DNA of 64,000 nucleotides from Alphaproteobacteria bacterium (GCA_965214705.1 CBDCCI010000002.1:1376001-1440000), one strand, 5' to 3'; shown: positions 1-10,425, counted from the first letter of the stretch. Translations and numbers: made by a program. The notes: a model not told the origin generated them from the sequence alone.

Positions 1-1
1 G

Positions 2-547
2 CTCCGCCGCTTCACCACCGTCAACCGCACGATTTGCGGCGACCAAATCCCGGCCAGCGCCATCGAGCGTGTCTACGAGTGGCAGCCGCTCATTGATTTT
101 CTGGCGGCGGCGATGGACAAGCCGCAGCTATACCCGATGGCCGACCCTCTCGGCCGGCTCAACGTCATGGCCTACCGGGAAGGGGAGCGGCTCAATTGGC
201 ACTTCGACCGGGCGGAGTTCACCATCACCGTGCTCCTGCAGGCGCCGCTCGGAGGCGGAGATTTTCAGTACCGCAGCGGGCTGCGGAGCGATACCGACCC
301 GAACTACGACGGCGTCGGCCGCTTGCTCGCCGGCGACGACGAACGGGTGCGGACGCTGCCGCTCACACCGGGCACGCTCAACGTCTTCAAGGGCAAGAAC
401 ACGGCGCACAGGGTGACGCCGGTCGAAGGCGACCGCGCCAGGATCATCGCGGTGTTCTCGTACTACGAGACGCCGCACGTCACGTTCAGCGATACTGAGC
501 GCCTGGGCTTCTACGGCCGGACGACCCCCGCGAGGGCGGAAGCGTAG
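2..547 (+). CDS. 2OG-Fe(II) oxygenase superfamily protein (5' partial)
   Basis: Frame is open from the window edge (LRRFTTVNRTICGD...). It has HxD (WHFD), a distal His (TAHRVTPV) and an Arg (RIIAVFSY) typical of the DSBH oxygenase fold. Confidence 0.75.
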   Translation, partial: LRRFTTVNRTICGDQIPASAIERVYEWQPLIDFLAAAMDKPQLYPMADPLGRLNVMAYREGERLNWHFDRAEFTITVLLQAPLGGGDFQYRSGLRSDTDPNYDGVGRLLAGDDERVRTLPLTPGTLNVFKGKNTAHRVTPVEGDRARIIAVFSYYETPHVTFSDTERLGFYGRTTPARAEA

Positions 548-647
548 TCCTACCCTCGCGCACGCAGCCAGGCACCGGCGAGCCGATGACCGTCGCTCTC
601 TTCTACAACCCGCGCTGCCCCGACTGCGTGCGGCAGGCGGCGCTTAC

Positions 648-2807
648 CCCAAGTTGGCACTTTTGTCCTACCCATGTCCTTTATCGTGTTGATGTAACGC
701 GATATTTCTCTCGGCCGGTTCCAACATGGCACTACATTTTGTTGGATTCTGTCAGTTCGGCAGGCGGGTCCTCGTGCGGTAGATGGCGGGTTCCACGCCC
801 GCCGCCGAGGAGATTGCGGCAACCTCAGCGGCCGGGCGCGTGTCCTGTCGATTGACGATCAAGGTGCCGTCGGTCTGGCGCAGGCGCGTGGTGATCCGCA
901 CCCAGGTCCGCATGCTCTCGCGGATCGATGCCCAGCACTTGTGGATGTCCCGCGCGGCCAGCCGGGAACGGATCAGATGCACGGCGTGGTAGGCCAGCAC
1001 GGCGATCAGCAGGTGGGCCGCGATGCGCCGGTCGAGCTGGTGCCAGATCGGGCGAAGGCCGAGTTCGGATTTCAGGCTTCGGAATGTCGCCTCGATATCC
1101 GTGATCCGCCAGTACGTCCGCAGGACCGTCTCGATATCCCAGTCGACGTGGCTGGTGCGCAGCACATAGGCGCCCGCGCCCTCATCGGCCTCGTCGTATC
1201 GCGGCCTGCGCTTGAAGCGCACGGCGGTGGCATTGGGGCCGGTGTCCGCCTTCTCGACCGTGATCTCGTAGTGCCTGGCGACGGCGGAGAAGCGCTGCTT
1301 GAGGCGGCCTATGCTCTCCAGCACCTTGTCGTAGCGCTTGAGGCGGCCCTTGACCGCAAGGCCGCCGTGGAGCCTTTGCAGCGCCGCCTCGAAGCGGTTC
1401 CGCCTCAGGCCGATGATCGCGTTCTCGGCCTTCTTCTTGCCCTCGCTGACGACGTAGAGCCGCGCCTCGCCGTCCTCGCTGGCAAGCCGCCAGGCCCGCA
1501 CCTCGTGGCGCGCGCTGGTGATCAGCAGGGCCTCGGGTCCGCCCTCGGGCGGCGCAGGCCTGGCACCGCGGCTGACCGCGATCCAGTCGTAGCCCTGCTC
1601 GCCCAGCCAGACGATGTTCTCCTCGGTGGCGATGCCCGCGTCCATGACCACCGTGGGCTTCGCCGCCGTGCCGCCGCATACCGCCTCGAGCCGGGCCAGC
1701 GCCTCGTGCAGCGTGCCCGGCTCGCTCACGTTGCCGGGCAGGATCTCGCAACTGCGCGGGAAGCCCGCACCGTCGAGCGCCAGCGCCAGCGTGATGAGGG
1801 GACAGTCGTCGCGCTTCTGCTTGGAGCGCCCGAACCTGGGAAGCTCGCCGTCGGTGTGGCCGTGGTAGTGGACGTTGGTGAGATCGTAGAAGGCGATCGT
1901 CTCGGGCAGGTCGAGCAGCGCGCGCTCACGGTTGAACAGTTCCCTCTGGATGGCGGCCCGGTGGCGCCAGAGCAGGTCGCCGATGCGGTAGAGCGTCTTG
2001 CGCCGCAGCGCCTTGCGGTCGCCCTCCAGGCCCAGGAGCTCGGCGGCCGCGCTGTCGTGGCGGAGCCAGCGGCTGGTATCACGCTCGCTGGCGGGATGGA
2101 CCATCCTGGCGACGATCAGCGCGCTGGCGATGCGTCCGTCGCGGCCCTTGATGTCGAGGCCGTGGAGGATTTCGGCGAAGCCAAGGTCGTCGAGGGCCTT
2201 GAGGCACAGGCGCTCGCAGCCGACGGTGCGCGGGTTCTCATGCTCCAGGGTATCGAGGTCGACGGTGGCGATCTCGGGCTTGCGCGCCTCTTCCTGCATC
2301 GCCTCGGCACGGAACCCCCTGGCCCTGAGCTTGGCGACGATGTCCTCGGCTGCGGCCTGCACGTCCGGGACGGCTTGGAGCAGCGGCGGGCGGCCGTGCA
2401 GCAGCGCCTCGGCGAGTTCGGCCACTTCGCGCCATTTCTCCTTCGGCACCGGATAGTCGGTGCCGAGGTTGAGGAGCGTGCGCTGCCTGACCTTGTCGCC
2501 GATGCGCTGGGAGAGCACGAGGCGATGGCTTCGGACGGGCTTGCCGTCGGTGGTGTGGGTCTTGGTTGCCCTGATGAACATGTCGCCCGTCGCGAGATTG
2601 TTGCGAGGGGCCAAGATTTGTCGGCTTGGGGTCTGGGGTCAAGGGAAAATCGTCAATACCTAACAACTCCTGGCACTACAACGCGCTTCCAGCGCCTCAA
2701 TTACACATATAGTGGCATCATCTCGGAGCTACCCCAATATGTGGTACTTCGGTCCGCAAAATATGGGCAGACCGGCATTGAGCAACCGGAAAAAGTGCCA
2801 ACTTGGG
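648..2807 (-). mobile_element. IS1634-family insertion sequence, copy 1
   Basis: TIRs CCCAAGTTGGCACTTTT (from 648) and AAAAGTGCCAACTTGGG (to 2807). TTAC is duplicated at 644-647 and 2808-2811. Confidence 0.9.
752..2581 (-). CDS. IS1634-family DDE transposase
   Basis: MFIR start, FYDLTN, FGRSKQKRDDCPL, VVMDAGIA and IEATFRSLKSELGLRPIWH motifs. Confidence 0.92.
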   Translation of the reverse strand: MFIRATKTHTTDGKPVRSHRLVLSQRIGDKVRQRTLLNLGTDYPVPKEKWREVAELAEALLHGRPPLLQAVPDVQAAAEDIVAKLRARGFRAEAMQEEARKPEIATVDLDTLEHENPRTVGCERLCLKALDDLGFAEILHGLDIKGRDGRIASALIVARMVHPASERDTSRWLRHDSAAAELLGLEGDRKALRRKTLYRIGDLLWRHRAAIQRELFNRERALLDLPETIAFYDLTNVHYHGHTDGELPRFGRSKQKRDDCPLITLALALDGAGFPRSCEILPGNVSEPGTLHEALARLEAVCGGTAAKPTVVMDAGIATEENIVWLGEQGYDWIAVSRGARPAPPEGGPEALLITSARHEVRAWRLASEDGEARLYVVSEGKKKAENAIIGLRRNRFEAALQRLHGGLAVKGRLKRYDKVLESIGRLKQRFSAVARHYEITVEKADTGPNATAVRFKRRPRYDEADEGAGAYVLRTSHVDWDIETVLRTYWRITDIEATFRSLKSELGLRPIWHQLDRRIAAHLLIAVLAYHAVHLIRSRLAARDIHKCWASIRESMRTWVRITTRLRQTDGTLIVNRQDTRPAAEVAAISSAAGVEPAIYRTRTRLPN

Positions 2808-3080
2808 TTACGGCGCGCATGGACTGGCTGGGCCGGATCGAGCTGCGGACTGATGATTCACCCCTGGGCGAAGTCCCCGTTGGCGAGATCGTCGTGGTGG
2901 ACAAGCAGCGCAGCAAGGTCTTCACGGGCGTCTACGCCACGCGCCAAGTGTGCCTGCAGGTTCCCCTACTATTTCTGTATGGGCTCGCGCTCTACCTGCC
3001 GCCACTCCGCCTCCTCTTTGGGCGCGAGAAGCAGGGCTGCAACGGCGACGCTTGCGAAATCTGACTGAGACCACTGCCGC

Positions 3081-4298
3081 TCAGGCAGCGCCGTTGGCTT
3101 CCGCCGCCTCCGTCATCTTCCGTGCCACCCAGCGATAGAAGCAGTGGGTGGTGCGCTCCAGGGCGGGGGAGAGCACGCCGCCCTTGTAGGCCGGTGAGGC
3201 GCGGCCGCGCTGCATGCCTTCCACGACAAAGCGGTCTTCCAGGAAAATGCCGCGCCACAGGTCCTTGTTGGCCGCTCGCAGCTCGGCGCAGCCCTCGCCC
3301 ATGGCCTCGTCGGCAAAGTAATAGAGGTCGACATGTTCGATGGTGCGCCCGGTGCCCGCCGGCATCAGCGTGCCGACGAAGCAGTGATCGGCGTGGACGC
3401 CGAACACCGCAGTCGGAAACAGCGCGACGTATTCGGCCGTCCCGTGCCAGCGCTCCAGCAGGCCCGGCATGGTCGGCAAGCCGTTTCCGTTTTCCACGAG
3501 CTGCGGCCGGTAGGCGGTGCTGCCCTGCCCGGCGTAGCCGTCATCCTCCTCTGCGATCTGGTAGTGATCTTCGAGCCGCGAATAGCTGTTGAGGCTCGGG
3601 TGGATCCACGGCAGGTGGTAGGCCTCGCAAAAGTTCTCCACCGCGAGCTTCCAGTTGCACGCGACGTCCAGGGTGAAGGAGGAGTCACTCTCCTTGTAGT
3701 GCAGATCGGCGTCGTCGAAGTCTTTCCAGCGCTCGGCCACCGGCGCGATGAAGCTCTCGAACGGCGGCGCATCGCCACTCAGGTTGACGAAAATGGCGTC
3801 GAACCAGGTGGCCGTCCGCACCGGCTTGAGCCCGTGCTTGGCCCACTCGAAGCCCTCGCAGGTGTTCTTGTCGGTGCCGCCAATCATGGGCGTAGAGCAA
3901 AGCGAGCCGTCCAGATCGTAGGTCCAGGAATGGTAGGGACAGCGGATCGTGCTGCGCCTCCGCGCGGGATCCTCCAGCAGCATCATGCCCCGGTGACTAC
4001 ACACGTTGTGGAAGACGCGAACCTCTTCGTCGCGCCCGCGTACCATGAAGAGGGGCAGGCCGGCGAACTCAAGCGGCATGGCATCGCCGGCGTCGGGCAC
4101 GCGCCTGCCGGTGCCGATGCAGGCCCAGGTTCGGGCAAGCAGAACGTCCTGCTCCCACTCGGCAAATTCGTCCGAGACGTAGGCCTCGTTTGGCAGTCCG
4201 CTTGCCCACTCCTCGATGGGTCGCACCACGTTCGCGAGAGTGGTGCTCACGCCCGTGCTGCTTTCCCACCAATGGTCTGTCATGGTCGTGTTCTCCAC
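3081..4298 (-). CDS. Rieske non-heme iron oxygenase alpha subunit (choline monooxygenase-like)
   Basis: Rieske motif CSHRG...CPYHSW and mononuclear Fe motif NWKLAVENFCEAYHLPWIH. Start may be at 4283. Confidence 0.9.
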   Translation of the reverse strand: MENTTMTDHWWESSTGVSTTLANVVRPIEEWASGLPNEAYVSDEFAEWEQDVLLARTWACIGTGRRVPDAGDAMPLEFAGLPLFMVRGRDEEVRVFHNVCSHRGMMLLEDPARRRSTIRCPYHSWTYDLDGSLCSTPMIGGTDKNTCEGFEWAKHGLKPVRTATWFDAIFVNLSGDAPPFESFIAPVAERWKDFDDADLHYKESDSSFTLDVACNWKLAVENFCEAYHLPWIHPSLNSYSRLEDHYQIAEEDDGYAGQGSTAYRPQLVENGNGLPTMPGLLERWHGTAEYVALFPTAVFGVHADHCFVGTLMPAGTGRTIEHVDLYYFADEAMGEGCAELRAANKDLWRGIFLEDRFVVEGMQRGRASPAYKGGVLSPALERTTHCFYRWVARKMTEAAEANGAA

Positions 4299-4826
4299 GT
4301 GTGCCGGGGGCCGCGTCCACCCTGCAACTCAAGCTATCGCGGCGCGGACCATCACGACTACTGCGAATCCGCATCAATTTGTCGCGATTGCGACGCTGGT
4401 GGGCGCCTTCTAACTGGGCAATGCAAGCGCTGAAGGCGGTCCACCGACTGGCAATCGAGGAGCGGCCTGCCGCGACACGCAGTTCGGCCTCGAATGCACT
4501 AGCCCGCATTTCTCACCAAGGAATCCCTGAAAGAGAGAGTGGAGATATACGTGTTTGATCAATGAGTTGGAAGGCGGTTTCCCGGTTCGCGGGAACGCGA
4601 AACAGGAAAATATTCACCAAATAAGCACCGCGAAAAGATTTCAGTCCAGTCCTGACTTTCATGTTCCGCCGAGATCCTCGGTGAAGCAGGTGGCGAAAAC
4701 CTCCCCATCCGCCGCGGACCGTGGCGGAACGATACGGAACTGGCCCGGTTCATCGCCGCTGCCGAGCGCGTCTCAATGCCCGCCTTCTTGGCAGCCCCAC
4801 ACATTCTGCCGGGCGTAACCAACCAA

Positions 4827-4945
4827 ACCGCTTATGCACATAGCTCCGGTTGCGGGAGTTTGTCGCCACATGTTGCGGCCTCAGGCCAACCTCGACGAGT
4901 TCTTATCAACATATTGGTCAAGCCGGAAGCAAGTGCATAAGCGGT
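4827..4945. mobile_element. 119-bp MITE-like element
   Basis: Perfect 13-bp TIR ACCGCTTATGCAC/GTGCATAAGCGGT, extending imperfectly to about 24 bp. Flanked by CCAACCAA (4819-4826) and CCGACCAA (4946-4953). Confidence 0.65.
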
Positions 4946-5016
4946 CCGACCAAAACAGATTGCGCTGGTCGAAGCTGCATCACATCACGTCGCCAGCTCG
5001 CGCCGCTGTGCCGCCA

Positions 5017-6171
5017 TCACTCGCGATGAAGAGCAGAATGCGCCGCCAAGCGTTCGATGAATTGCCTCTTTCGTTCGTGCCTCAGCCGGATGGCGTCCAG
5101 TCGGTTGAAGAAGCCCGCCACCGTTCCGTTCTCCTCCGCCAGCGCCTTCAAGTCGAGGAGCAACTCCGTCGCCCGGTCGTAGCTCTTGGCGTTGCGCTTG
5201 CCGACTTCACTCTCGACCTCGCGCCACACGGCCTCGCCTCGATGTCGAAGTGCGTCGAGACGCGCGCGGCGCGCGTCTTGCGCTTCCCGTTCCTGCCGCC
5301 GGCGCTCGGCCTCGCGCTCCTCCGCCTCTGCGGCCTGTCGTTCTTCGCGAATGGCGGCTGCACGCGAGCGCAGATCGGATACCGTCCGAAATTCATTTCG
5401 CGCGGCTCCCGTCGCAGGCGATACTGCCTCCCGCACCCTTCTACGCAACTCCGCTGTCGCAAGCGGGTCGCCCTCGAAGAATCGGCGAAGCAACTCCGTC
5501 CTTTCGTCATCCGGGATGGAACCGAGCGCGGCAAGGGTGACTTCGGACGAGAGTTCGCCAAGCTCGGCATGCTCGGTCGTTTCGGCGGCCGCTCGGACAA
5601 GATCGAGGTCCATTCGGAAGAATCTGGCGAAGGCCTCCAGGCCACCGGTCAGCGGACCGATGCCCGCGAGCGGCTCCAACGCGTCATCTCGCAGCCCACC
5701 GCCGTCTACCGCCGCCAACCAGAGGAGATACGGCAGGCGCCAATCGCCGGAGAGCAGATCGGACCGAAGCGGTGCAAGAGCGCCAAGCCAGCCGGAGCCA
5801 TCGTCCCAGCCGTCGTAATCTGCCTCCTCACCATCGTCGCATACGTCGAGGATCAGGTGCTCGTCCAACTCGATGATTTCGCCGAGATCGCAGCCGTACA
5901 GGAAGGACTCAAGGCGGGATTGATCGACGAGCCGTTTGGGCAGCCGGATCATCAGTCGGCGCGTTCCCCAGTTCGCCAGATAGAGATGCACATCGAACCA
6001 GAGTTCCATGAGCAACCTCGGATTGCCCTTGAAGTCTCCCCACTCATAGTGATTGGTGAAGCTCGTGGCCGTGATCCGTGCCCGCGTCGAAAGCGTCCGC
6101 AACGCCTCCATGTCAGCCTCGCTGAGCGGGCGGTCTATCGCCTGGAACTCGTAGTACTGATATTCGCTCAC
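5017..6171 (-). CDS. Conserved hypothetical protein (SEYQYYEF... N-terminus, acidic core, C-terminal coiled coil)
   Basis: Long ORF with protein-like composition and a GTG start at 6171. The N-terminus resembles a family often seen in mobile regions. Function unknown. Confidence 0.75.
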   Translation of the reverse strand: MSEYQYYEFQAIDRPLSEADMEALRTLSTRARITATSFTNHYEWGDFKGNPRLLMELWFDVHLYLANWGTRRLMIRLPKRLVDQSRLESFLYGCDLGEIIELDEHLILDVCDDGEEADYDGWDDGSGWLGALAPLRSDLLSGDWRLPYLLWLAAVDGGGLRDDALEPLAGIGPLTGGLEAFARFFRMDLDLVRAAAETTEHAELGELSSEVTLAALGSIPDDERTELLRRFFEGDPLATAELRRRVREAVSPATGAARNEFRTVSDLRSRAAAIREERQAAEAEEREAERRRQEREAQDARRARLDALRHRGEAVWREVESEVGKRNAKSYDRATELLLDLKALAEENGTVAGFFNRLDAIRLRHERKRQFIERLAAHSALHRE

Positions 6172-6301
6172 GCCTTGTCGTTCCAGATAGCCGCGACCGT
6201 CCGTAGAACATGTACGTGGAGGACGCTCGCGCGTCAATCAAAGTGAAGATTACCGGTGCCAGCCGCGGGCGCGCGATCGCGGTCGCTGACGGAATCGCAA
6301 G

Positions 6302-6845
6302 GTAGGGTCGGGGGCTGACGCGCCAGCGTTAGGGGCTGGTGGCTGTTCCGGTGCTTTCGCGCCGGGCCGCAGTCCGACTCCCGTGACCGTGTTTCCAGTC
6401 CACCGCTCATCAAACCGGACGTGCGGTTTTCCCGCATCCGGCTTTCAGACGAGATCATGCCATCGCCCTCGGAAGGCCCATGGACTGCCGCGTCAGACGG
6501 ACGAGCACGTATTCGCCGTATAGCCTCTGGTCCGGGAAGCGCACGTGTTTCCCGCGCTGCGTCTGATGCTTTCGACAGAGCCATTGGCGATCTAGCCGCC
6601 TACCAGCGTGTCGGTTGATCGTGCTGTAGGCCGGGGCTGGCCTGCCCCAGGCTGAAGTAGTTGGCCCACCCGATCATGGTGCGGTTCAGACGGTCCGCCA
6701 TTTCCTCGGGCGACCGTCCGCCGTACCCACCCGCTTCCATATCGCTGATCTTGCGGCATATGCTTCGGACGCTGGCCTTGCCGGGCCGGGGCCGACGTAT
6801 GCTCCCGTCCCTTGGGGTCGATAGTTGCGCCCAATGCGGTATCTT
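6302..6845 (-). pseudogene. 3' remnant of a group II intron (degenerate maturase/domain X plus RNA domains V and VI)
   Basis: Minus strand has RLNRTMIGWANYFSLG, D5 GAAAGCCGGATGCGGGAAAACCGCACGTCCGGTTTGATGAGCGG, and a long D6 ending CGACCCTAC at 6302. Confidence 0.85.
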
Positions 6846-7133
6846 AGGAACTCACCATCACCCTAAAGATGATCCCGATCATGATCACCGTCGCTGCGGG
6901 AGCCGCCACCTCCGACAACTCGTTGTGTTGGTGTCGCTTATTCGATAGCCGCTCCACCAGCCCCACACGCAGCCCAACACCGGAACTCGGAACGTGGCGG
7001 ATCTTGAGGGTTGGCTTGCTACAGAATTCGGGCACTGCCGTCGCGTATGAAACGGTGACCTTGCTTCTCCGGTTTAGCTTGAACATGCGAGCGCCCCGGG
7101 TCGGAGCCTCACGGCCTCGAGCGCCGGTGGCGA

Positions 7134-7346
7134 TCAGCGGTCGCTGCGGTCTCCGTGCGAGACAGGCCTGCCGGCAGCCCACTCGTCGAGGTCCACCACG
7201 CGCCATCTCACGCTGCGCTTGCCGATCTTCACCGGCTCCGGGAAGCGTCCGGCGCGCATCTCGCAATAGATCCAGCTGCGCGAGACGCCGAAGCGCTCCT
7301 CGACTTCCTCGCGGTGCAGCAACTCGCGCACCATGGCGTTGCCCAT
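7134..7346 (-). CDS. alpA: AlpA-family transcriptional regulator / excisionase
   Basis: LLHREEVEERFGVSRSWIY...GRFPEPVKIGKRSVRW, with a GGAGG RBS. Confidence 0.88.
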   Translation of the reverse strand: MGNAMVRELLHREEVEERFGVSRSWIYCEMRAGRFPEPVKIGKRSVRWRVVDLDEWAAGRPVSHGDRSDR

Positions 7347-7411
7347 CACAGGTTTCCTCCTGTTTCGTCGCGGCAGGGTTGGCATTCCCCGCCGCTTTCT
7401 CTCCACCGCGG

Positions 7412-8131
7412 TCACGGCCGCACCGTCAGCGGACAATCGACAACCGTGTCCGTCCGCATGGCCTCGAGTTCGCAATCGACGATGGTGCGACCGTAGGTGT
7501 GCCGGATGTGCTCGCCCCAGCCTCGGGTCGGATCGTGCAGGGGGATGACCTCGAATTGCACCTGGACCAGCAGGCCGAGAAGGACGCAGGCGGGGAAGCC
7601 CGCGGCCATCGCGAGACCGGCCCAGCGCCTGCGCCGGCGCCTTTCATTGTCGGCCCAATGCACGAAGTCGGCCTTGAAGGCGCGGAGCGCGGCCGCGAGT
7701 TCCGCAGCCGCGCTCATCGCCGCGTCCCGGGGCTCGTGAGCCTCGTCCGTCGATCGCTCGGGCTCCGCTCCTGTTCCAGCGGCGTCCCCACCGTGCGGGT
7801 CGCCTGGCTGCTCAGCGTCTTCCTGCGCTGGCTGCGGCAGTTCCTCTCCACGTCCTTCGTACTCGGCGATCTTTTCCGCGACATAGCGCGCGAAGAGCCA
7901 GCTTTCGCCGTCTGCCCGCGCAACGCCACCGCGCTTCTCCGCCGGAGCGGGGTCAGCCCCGGCATCGGGCGCCGGCGGGGCCGGGCCGTCGCCGGCAGGC
8001 GCGCCGCCCGCGCCTGCCGACTCATCCCCCGCCGGCTTGCCGCCGCGGGCTTCGCTCCACGGCTCGTGCCGCTGCCCGTTGACGGGCCGCGCCTCTGCGC
8101 GGTCCGGATCCAGGTCGATGCCAACCGGCAT
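7412..8131 (-). CDS. Hypothetical protein with C-terminal transmembrane segment, downstream of virD4
   Basis: AGGAG RBS, low-complexity N-terminus and a hydrophobic stretch WAGLAMAAGFPACVLLGLLV. Confidence 0.6.
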   Translation of the reverse strand: MPVGIDLDPDRAEARPVNGQRHEPWSEARGGKPAGDESAGAGGAPAGDGPAPPAPDAGADPAPAEKRGGVARADGESWLFARYVAEKIAEYEGRGEELPQPAQEDAEQPGDPHGGDAAGTGAEPERSTDEAHEPRDAAMSAAAELAAALRAFKADFVHWADNERRRRRRWAGLAMAAGFPACVLLGLLVQVQFEVIPLHDPTRGWGEHIRHTYGRTIVDCELEAMRTDTVVDCPLTVRP

Positions 8132-8148
8132 CGTGGGTCTCCTGGCAG

Positions 8149-10140
8149 TCATTCCGCACCTCCCATGATCGTCGTCGGCCGGCGCGTTCCGTCGCCCGCA
8201 GCGGCGTTGGCCGCCGCCATCTCCTTGCGCAGAACGTACGGGTTGGGATCGGCCAGGAAGCGCGTGTCCGGCCGCTCCCAGTAGTGCGCGTGGTGGAGAT
8301 GAAGCGCGTCGCGCTTGATGTCCCTGGCAGCCCCGATCACGTACTGCCGGTCCGGCCCCATCGTCATCAGCTCGTCGGGCGTCACCAGCCGCTCGCGCAC
8401 GAGGCTGAAGGATTCTCCGGCCTGCCACTGGGTGTTGCCGGCAACCACGCGGCTGTCCGAGACACTGCCCGAGCGGCTCTCCGTCCGGCCCTCGAAGGTG
8501 GCGGTGCCGATGGCCTTGGACATCTCCTCCGCGCCCTCCGCGTCGGTGCGCGGGAAGCCGAGGATCTGGACGACCTCGGCAAGGTCCAGCAGCGTCTTGC
8601 GGTGCTCCTTGCCCCAGGTCGAATCCAGCGCCGAGATCGACTGGGCGAAGCACCAGAAGTGCACCCCCTTGCCGGCGGCCATGGTATAGCCGTCCATCAC
8701 CGGCTTGAGGTATCCGAGCCGCGGCATCTCGTCGATGACGATCAGCATGTCGCGCTCGAGCGGCGTGATGCCCGCCACGGCGTTCGGGATGGCGACCCAG
8801 AGGCGGAGCCAGCCCTTGACGTGCTCGACGGTCTCCTCGGGCACGACGACGAACAGGTCGGTGTCGCCGTCTGCCAGCATCAGCGGATTGAAGCCCCTAT
8901 CGGAGCAAGAGGTGTGGTCGAGCAGCTCCGGGTAGTTGAGGAAGGAGAGCTGGTTGGCGATGGTGCTGAAGTTGGACCCGCCTTCCTCCTTGCCCACCTG
9001 CGCCTGGCGCTCGACGGCGATATGCGTCAGACCGCCGGCGAAGCGCTCCGTGCGCCGGACATGCTCGGCGAACTCCTCCCGCTCGCCCGGACCCATGGAG
9101 AGCAGGCGATGGACCATGCCCAGGGTCTGGAACTCGGGCGGCTCGCGGAAGCGCACCCAGGCCATGTATCCGGCGACGATGGCGCGGGCGGACTCGTAGA
9201 AGTGCCGGCTGTTCTCCAGCGCGCCCGGACGCGGCGGCGTCAGCAGGGCGTCGAGCAGCACGTTGATATCGCGCACCGCGAGGCCCTCGTCCTCGCGGAT
9301 GAACGAGAGCGGGTTGTAGGTGAAGCTGACCACCTCCGGCAGCCGGCACCCCCCGAAATCCTCCCTGTGCTTCCTCACCACGCCGAAGGGGTCGATGAGC
9401 ACGGTGCGCCGGCCCATCTCGCGGCGGCGGCGCGCGGCGATGCAGTAGAGCTCGCCGCGCGGATCGATGGTGACGGTGGAGCCGTCGAAGCCGCGGCCCT
9501 CGGGCGAGAGCAGGTTGAGGGCGATGAGGGCGCCCTTTCCGGCGCGAGGCGGGGCGACGGTGATGGCCGAGCCCTCGAGGGACCAGCCGATCAGGGGCGC
9601 GTTCTTTCGCTCGCCCCACTGGCCGAGCAGGATACCCCGGCGCTTCGCCAGCTTGCGCATGGAGCGCCGGTCCAGCAGCGCGGCCCTGCCGTGGAGGTCG
9701 GACTTCGCGCGCCGGCGGCGCTCGCCGCCGCCGGCCTGCCCGATCAGATGGAAAGCCGCCCCGCACCAGAGCAGGGCCAGCACCGGGACGGCCGCGATCG
9801 GGAGCACCAGCATGACCAGCCCGAACCCTTTCAGCCCAAGCAGCCAGTCCAGGGTGGCGTCGCGCCACTGGACGTCCCCAAGCGGGCGTACGATGCCGGT
9901 CCAGAACGACGCGATGGAAACCGAGAGGCCCGCGCTGTAGAGCCCGAAGCGGATCCAGCCTCCGGAGCGCTGGCGGCCGGTCGCGTAGTAGGCCGCGAGC
10001 GACGCTGCGGCCGCGAGCGCGAGAGCGGCGGCGGCCAAGTCGTTCGGCCTGTAGCCGGTGGTGAGCCAGATCGCCCAGCCTCCGCCCGCGGCGAGCAGGA
10101 GGGCGCAGACGGACAGTTCGAAGGTTCTCATGTCGTTCAT
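8149..10140 (-). CDS. virD4: VirD4/TraG type IV coupling protein
   Basis: N-terminal TM helices, Walker A APPRAGKG, IDPRGEL, YNPL, Walker B IVIDEMPRLG and RLVTPDEL. Confidence 0.88.
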   Translation of the reverse strand: MNDMRTFELSVCALLLAAGGGWAIWLTTGYRPNDLAAAALALAAAASLAAYYATGRQRSGGWIRFGLYSAGLSVSIASFWTGIVRPLGDVQWRDATLDWLLGLKGFGLVMLVLPIAAVPVLALLWCGAAFHLIGQAGGGERRRRAKSDLHGRAALLDRRSMRKLAKRRGILLGQWGERKNAPLIGWSLEGSAITVAPPRAGKGALIALNLLSPEGRGFDGSTVTIDPRGELYCIAARRRREMGRRTVLIDPFGVVRKHREDFGGCRLPEVVSFTYNPLSFIREDEGLAVRDINVLLDALLTPPRPGALENSRHFYESARAIVAGYMAWVRFREPPEFQTLGMVHRLLSMGPGEREEFAEHVRRTERFAGGLTHIAVERQAQVGKEEGGSNFSTIANQLSFLNYPELLDHTSCSDRGFNPLMLADGDTDLFVVVPEETVEHVKGWLRLWVAIPNAVAGITPLERDMLIVIDEMPRLGYLKPVMDGYTMAAGKGVHFWCFAQSISALDSTWGKEHRKTLLDLAEVVQILGFPRTDAEGAEEMSKAIGTATFEGRTESRSGSVSDSRVVAGNTQWQAGESFSLVRERLVTPDELMTMGPDRQYVIGAARDIKRDALHLHHAHYWERPDTRFLADPNPYVLRKEMAAANAAAGDGTRRPTTIMGGAE

Positions 10141-10425
10141 CTCCCCTTGGTCGAGAACGGCGCTCGCATGAGGCGGCCCCGGCACGGCGCGTGCGGCGAA
10201 AGGGACACCGACCCGGACCTTGCCAGCTGCAACACAGATTGCGCTGCGAAACCGTGAAGAAGGTCCACGAACAACGCGTTCGTTTCACCGCATCCTGTCC
10301 CCATTAACATCGCCGTCAGAGCTCTTTCCGGTCTCTGAATACACGCAAGAGAACGTGCGTAAGACGGGCTGTCAACTCGGATCGAGCAATGGTTACAGTC
10401 AGTTGCCATAGACATGCGCCCCATA

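Larger units (their letters stand above)
586..3064 (+). pseudogene. Small CxxC thiol-disulfide oxidoreductase-like (DCC1/DUF393-like) gene split by IS1634
   Basis: 586-647 (MTVALFYNPRCPDCVRQAALT) joins in frame to 2812-3064 (ARMDWLGRIEL...CNGDACEI*) after removing the IS and one TTAC copy, giving 104 aa. Confidence 0.75.

Noticed and set aside
941-3064. 707-aa plus-strand ORF, and similar long antisense ORFs (8284-10257, 42851-44749, 49512-51905, 53028-55130, 56501-58483, 58483-60864)
   Set aside because: These are shadow frames opposite real high-GC genes. Only the last 84 codons of 941-3064 are real, as the 3' half of the split redox gene.
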